Source: Chloroflexota bacterium
GTDB taxonomy: Bacteria; Chloroflexota; Limnocylindria; Limnocylindrales; CSP1-4
DNA: 62,454 bases
Assembly (NCBI GenBank): GCA_030446555.1
Contig: JAUJNA010000004.1
Span: 35,354 to 97,807 of the forward strand
Direction: 5' to 3'
Positions 60,893 through 62,454 of the stretch are shown one piece after another. Under the pieces are notes generated by a model that did not search any database, was not told the origin of the DNA, and worked only from the letters and a program-made list of their open reading frames with translations. A program made the position numbers and the translations under genes. Every line of letters starts with the position of its first letter. The first letter of the stretch is position 1.

Positions 60893-60968
60893 TGGAGCCG
60901 ACGACGGGACTCGAACCCGGAACCGGCGGTTTACAAAACCGCTGCTCTACCAATTGAGCTACGTCGGC
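60893..60968 (-). tRNA. trnT: tRNA-Thr (anticodon TGT), CCA encoded
   Basis: GCCGACGTAGCTCAATTGGTAGAGCAGCGGTTTTGTAAACCGCCGGTTCCGGGTTCGAGTCCCGTCGTCGGCTCCA. Acceptor stem GCCGACG/CGTCGGC. Confidence 0.9.
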
Positions 60969-60979
60969 GGCGACGCTGA

Positions 60980-61008
60980 AGGATACCGTAGGCAAGCAGC
61001 GCAAGCAA
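60980..61008 (-). promoter_or_regulatory. candidate promoter of the tRNA-tuf operon (TTGCTT-17-TATCCT)
   Basis: Minus strand reads cgTTGCTTgcgctgcttgcctacggTATCCTtcagcgtcgcc, followed directly by the tRNA-Thr(TGT) 5' end 11 nt after the -10. Confidence 0.5.
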
Positions 61009-61039
61009 CGTGCCCGCGAGTCGAGCGCCCGACGGGCGG

Positions 61040-62203
61040 TCAGGGACCCCCGGGCAGGAGATCATCGCCCGGCGCGGCGGGCGATGGCGGCCCGGCGTCG
61101 GCTGGTGGGGGCGCAGCCGGGGCATCGGCTGGTGGGCGCGCAGCCGGGGCCAGAGGGACGCGATCCTCAGCGGGTGCGTCGGTGGCATCCTGCTCGACGG
61201 CCGAGCTTCGCCGGCGCGAGCGTCTGGCTGGATCCGGATGCAGAGCGGCGCGCTTCGGGTGGGGAGCGGCCGACTCGGGGTGGGGATCGTCAGGCTCGCG
61301 CCCAGGGGCAGGCGGCGCGACTCCTTCGCGCCAGGCGACGTCCTCCGTGCTCGTCGCTGGGTGGGTCGTGCCGGCTCCGCGCTGTGCTGCCGCTTCGAAC
61401 AACAGGATCGACCCCGCCACCGCCGCATTCAGGGAGGCGACCTTGCCGCGCATCGGCAGCCGCACCGTCCCGTCGAGCCTGCGTCGAACGGGGCCGGAGA
61501 GCCCGTGCGCCTCGCTGCCCACGATGAGCCCCAGCGGACCGCGCAGATCGGCCTCGCGATAGGCCAGCGATGCCTGCTCATCGCCCCCGATGAGGCGGAG
61601 CCCCAGCCCCCGAAGGTCGGCCAGCGCTCCGCCCAGGTCGTCGACCGGACAGAGCAGGAGGTGCTCCACGGCACCGGCCGACGCCTTGACAGCGGCCGGC
61701 GTCAATGGCGCCGATCGCCGCGTGGGGAAGAGGACCCCGTGCACCCCGGACGCCTCGGCGGTGCGGAGCAGCGTGCCCACGTTCTGGGGATCCTCCAGCG
61801 AGTCCAGGACGAGCACGAACGGCGGCTCGGCCCGTTCGCGGGCTCGAGCAGCGATCTCTTCCATGGTCGCCCATCGGCGTGGCCCCACGACCAGGGCGAC
61901 GCCCTGATGGCCGTCGAAGCCGCTCAGTGCGGTGAGGCTGCCGCCTTCCACCTCCACGACCGGGATGCGCAGCGCGGTGGCGTGCAGGACGATGGCGTCG
62001 AGAGCGGCGCGGCGGTCCGGCACCACGAGCAGCCGGTGCGCCGTCCTTCGCGCGGCGAAGGCCTCTTCCACCGGCCGGCGCCCAGCCACGAGCTCCTCAT
62101 CCTCGCCGATGGCGGGGGGACGCACCGGTGCGCGACCCATCGACGGCCGCCCGTCGTGCGCCTCATGACGGCCGCCGCCCCGCCACGGCTGCCGATCAGG
62201 CAC
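61040..62203 (-). CDS. rlmB: TrmH/SpoU-family RNA 2'-O-methyltransferase (RlmB-like) with disordered Pro/Ala-rich C-terminal tail; frame stays open upstream to the window end, so the true start may lie beyond 62454
   Basis: 387 aa from GTG 62203. GRRPVEEAF...(substrate-binding domain), LDSLEDPQNVGTLLRTAEASG, LIVGSEAHGLS, MRGKVASLNAAVAGSILLFE. No in-frame start codon occurs between 62203 and 62454. Confidence 0.8.
   Translation of the reverse strand: MPDRQPWRGGGRHEAHDGRPSMGRAPVRPPAIGEDEELVAGRRPVEEAFAARRTAHRLLVVPDRRAALDAIVLHATALRIPVVEVEGGSLTALSGFDGHQGVALVVGPRRWATMEEIAARARERAEPPFVLVLDSLEDPQNVGTLLRTAEASGVHGVLFPTRRSAPLTPAAVKASAGAVEHLLLCPVDDLGGALADLRGLGLRLIGGDEQASLAYREADLRGPLGLIVGSEAHGLSGPVRRRLDGTVRLPMRGKVASLNAAVAGSILLFEAAAQRGAGTTHPATSTEDVAWREGVAPPAPGREPDDPHPESAAPHPKRAALHPDPARRSRRRSSAVEQDATDAPAEDRVPLAPAARPPADAPAAPPPADAGPPSPAAPGDDLLPGGP
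61098..61151. repeat. 27-nt tandem duplication (25/27 identical) inside the C-terminal tail coding region of the rlmB-like gene
   Basis: tcggctggtgggggcgcagccggggca / tcggctggtgggcgcgcagccggggcc. Encodes the repeated PAA(P/R)PPADA. Confidence 0.8.
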
Positions 62204-62234
62204 CGAACCGCGCTGGGGATGGTCGTGGTGCGGC

Positions 62235-62333
62235 CGATCGTCTCGCTGTCCGGGGGATCGCCACGGCCGATCGTCTCGCTGCCCGGGGGGACGCCAAGGT
62301 CGATCGTCTCGCTGCCCGGGGGGACGCCAGGGT
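62235..62333. repeat. three tandem 33-nt repeats (cgatcgtctcgctgYccgggggRNcgccaNggY)
   Basis: Units start at 62235, 62268 and 62301, read directly. They are in frame with the rlmB-like gene, where they encode (P)WR(P/S)PGQRDDR x3. Confidence 0.85.
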
Positions 62334-62402
62334 CCACCGGGTGGACGATCACCCGGCGCCCCTCCGTCGCCTGGACCCCGTCGGCCACCGGATCGCGGGC
62401 CG

Positions 62403-62438
62403 CCGGACCATGGCGGACCGCCGGACCATGGCGGACCG
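62403..62438. repeat. two tandem 18-nt repeats (ccggaccatggcggaccg)
   Basis: 62403..62420 and 62421..62438 are identical. They encode GGPPWS x2 in the rlmB-like frame. Confidence 0.85.
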
Positions 62439-62454
62439 CCGGGGCGGGACGGAC

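Noticed and set aside
62235-62333. Tandem 33-nt repeats considered as a CRISPR array.
   Set aside because: The units are directly adjacent with no spacers, there are only three copies, they lie inside an open reading frame, and no cas genes are present.

Overview
This is a very GC-rich bacterial chromosome segment, transcribed almost entirely from the minus strand, and it is core housekeeping DNA rather than an accessory island.

**Gene content, high to low coordinates**
- A TrmH/RlmB-like methyltransferase.
- A tufB-type operon: tRNA-Thr(TGT), tRNA-Tyr, tRNA-Thr(GGT), tuf copy 2.
- rpmG, tRNA-Trp, secE-nusG, rplKAJL, rpoBC.
- One plus-strand methyltransferase.
- The str operon: rpsL-rpsG-fusA-tuf copy 1.
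- The complete S10-spc-alpha ribosomal cluster, then truA and rplM-rpsI.
- A roughly 20 kb tightly overlapping array: TPR protein, cdaA-cdaR-glmM-glmS, acpS, nnrD, alr, three uncharacterised genes, tsaE-tsaB-rimI-tsaD, rsmA, ispE, ridA, glmU and a CNNM/CorC gene.
- Then a polyprenyl synthase, recO, a membrane protein, a Nudix protein and the 5' end of glyQS.

**Likely origin.** Synteny, the rpoC insertion and the cdaA module suggest a high-GC Terrabacteria lineage, Actinomycetota- or Chloroflexota-like. This is inference only.

**No accessory systems found.** I saw no defence system, mobile element or CRISPR array.

**Points most worth a second look**
- The unannotatable three-gene cassette between alr and tsaE, which includes a GlmL/MutL-like actin-fold ATPase.
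- Five frameshifted genes (rplC, rplD, rplW, tuf copy 2 and the CNNM gene). Four of the shifts sit at short G/C runs, which looks like assembly error.
- Two tuf copies 17.4 kb apart that are identical except for one indel and five synonymous substitutions.
- Tandem decayed copies of the glmS 3' end.
- A 21-nt promoter block shared by the rpsL and infA promoters.
- In-frame tandem repeats in the methyltransferase at the window edge.

**Limits.** All calls rest on motif recognition and my own translation. No database search was run.
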